Below are positions 61,789-64,000 of a stretch of DNA of 64,000 bases, piece by piece (the first letter of the stretch is position 1; each line of letters opens with the position of its first letter). The notes beneath the pieces are model-generated. The model was not told the DNA's origin, did not search any database, and saw nothing but the letters and a program-made list of their open reading frames with translations. The DNA lies in contig JBDOQK010000060.1 in assembly GCA_040437565.1 (NCBI GenBank), positions 1 to 64,000 of the forward strand, in the 5' to 3' direction. The stretch is from Albugo candida (Eukaryota). Both the position numbers and the translations under genes were made by a program.

Positions 61789-64000
61789 TATTTGCGGCGT
61801 TGGTGTCCAATTGTGTCGGTAAAAACTTAATATTAAGTAAGTATTCACCACAAAGTTCGCATCGAATTACAATCAATGTTGCCCTTTGTACAGCAGTACA
61901 TCTCACTATCAGAGTAGGCGCGTAGTCTATACACGTTAGAGTGTAATTGTGAGCAATTGACTGATTCTATCGGACATTTGCATATTTCACTTCAGACGTT
62001 AAGTTACAGATTCCAAAGTTACGATTTCCATCACCAATCGTGAATTTGTTGTATTTTACGCTGAAAGGAACGGCATGCCGAGTGATGCCGCATCTTCAGT
62101 TCTCTTTCACAGACACTTGCACCATCGCTGTAATGACATTTGACGCAACAGTATTTAGCGTCAAATGATAACGTACCTTTCAAGACAGCGCCTTAAGAAT
62201 ACCGATGCAATAAAGGGATAGTAAAGCGCTTCCACTTTGCAGAATCACAGGCATGTACGTATGTATCTGACTGATAATGTCGTCTTTTAGCAGACAGAGT
62301 ATTTGTTACTTCTGACGCTGATACAAAGCAGCTCTGATCACGTTGAAAGGTTCGAATTAGCAGCTGATACAAGTCACAGAGCGCAGACCCTCAATGAGAG
62401 AATATGATACTGCAATCATAAAGTGCACTATTACCAGGTCGTACTTCGCATATATCCGATGTATCAGCTACATGCTACTGTTTGAATGGTATGGCTGGGA
62501 CTTGAAGTGCATACACTTGCTACAATCAGATACTTTTATTGCAGCATGTTCGAAATGTGAATGTTGCATCACTATAATAACAGGAAATCAAGTGACGCAA
62601 TTGTATTAACAAGGACTGAACGCGCAATGACATTTCAATATGAACGTTGACGACACGCCAAACGACATAATCAGTGAGAAGGAGACATTACGCATTGCAG
62701 TCTAATTACTAGTTACGATATAAGCTTATCGACACCTTCAGTAGCATAACTTGTTCCAGCAAGTAGCATCTGCTCAGACTGACTTGCATTTAGAGCCTAT
62801 TGTTTGTACCTTAGTGCTTTATTTATGTTTCGACATCAATGTGATCATTCCGCATGGAGCACTTCGCGGTTTCCACCTTTTCAGCGAGACCATAGAGAGA
62901 ACACGTTCACATCGCTTCATGCACTAAATCAAAAAAACTTTGATTGCAAGTGGTATTATAACATCATAAAACAGGCTATTCCATATGGCGAATTGCTCCC
63001 CGCGCTGCCGCTAATGCAAGGTTTTTAATTCCAAATCAGTGCGCATTCATTCATGCAATTTTACCTAGCTCACAAGCTCTGTGTGTTGCCTCAAACGATC
63101 ACAATTTCACTGTTTGGTTAAGGACGTCAACTTGAGCTATCCAGCACGATTACGTGACCCCAGCCAGAGCAGCAAATGGCGCTTCACGATTCAGATTGTT
63201 CGAGTAGAAGGTGGAATGCGCTAATGTTCAACTACTACTATATGACTGCGTCAGCAAACCGATAATGTTAAGTGTTTACATTGAGTTTTAGGAGAGATAA
63301 AGGTCGAATGTAATTGTACGAGTTGAAAATCTACGTCAATCAGTAAATTGCTGATACGTGTGTCGAGAAAACTTGAATCCTTCGCGTAGCATTGGGTGAT
63401 ATTCGATGTTTAGTGGCCTTCTATCGGGACATCGGTCGTCGTGTAATAATCGTTTACTCACAACGTAAAGATATGATCTTAGTGGAGTTGTCAATTGATT
63501 CAGTAGATTGCTAATTCCATACGTCTTTGCGGTCTTCAGCTTTCACTACAATCTGCAAGGTTCTACAAGTCTCTTCCTAATCGAAAGGCTATACGCGGTG
63601 CTGATGCTTCGTTCTCACAGCTACAAGTTCTAGGAGTCTTTTCACTTGCTCCGTGCTTAGACATTTGAAGGGACCTGAGAACGGCAAGCACTCAATGAAA
63701 ACAATTCCCGCGTTCGAGCAGTTCCGTTATGTGTCCCACTTCACTTGACTTTTTTGCGTTTTGATAGCCTTTATNNNNNNNNNNNNNNNNNNNNNNNNNN
63801 NNNNNNNNNNNNNNNNNNNNNNNNNNNNNNNNNNNNNNNNNNNNNNNNNNNNNNNNNNNNNNNNNNNNNNNNNNAGTCACTTGTCAGTGATCCTGCATTT
63901 CTTCGCAAGGATGGACGCAGCGCAAAAGCTTACTCTTCCGCTTGGTATGTATCCTTTCAAAAGCACATTATTCAGAACAAAGTGTAAACTTGGCTCTACA

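Noticed and set aside
61950-64000. Possible decayed gene at the end of the window
   Set aside because: Only short ORFs with no recognisable motifs.

Overview
Eukaryotic draft-assembly sequence with many 100-N scaffold gaps, very likely an oomycete. Evidence: INR+FPR promoter motifs, short GT-AG introns and AT-rich composition. An Albugo-like biotroph is my inference. Left part (1-36 kb): an accessory, tandemly duplicated block with a period of about 15-16 kb. It carries a family of secreted HAD-fold proteins (2 intact, 1 gap-truncated and 2 pseudogene copies in the whole window), decayed copies of the neighbouring TTLL gene, and nested transposable elements. The elements are an L1-like LINE containing a Copia element, a TA-flanked TIR element containing a DDE transposon, a second LINE with a 15-bp TSD, and an unclassified GC-rich insert. 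Right part (37-62 kb): an intact TTLL tubulin glutamylase, an intact HAD-like secreted gene, a CEP295-like protein, a run of pseudogenes (acyl-protein thioesterase, GPI-anchored secreted protein, GH31 glucosidase), a frameshifted secreted orphan, and genes for a COPI-associated membrane protein, an HSF-type factor, PHAX and NUFIP1. The best candidate for an undescribed system is the birth-and-death cluster of secreted HAD-like proteins, with a variable catalytic Asp+2 position and an invariant symmetric Cys pair. All family assignments come from motif recognition by eye; no searches were run.
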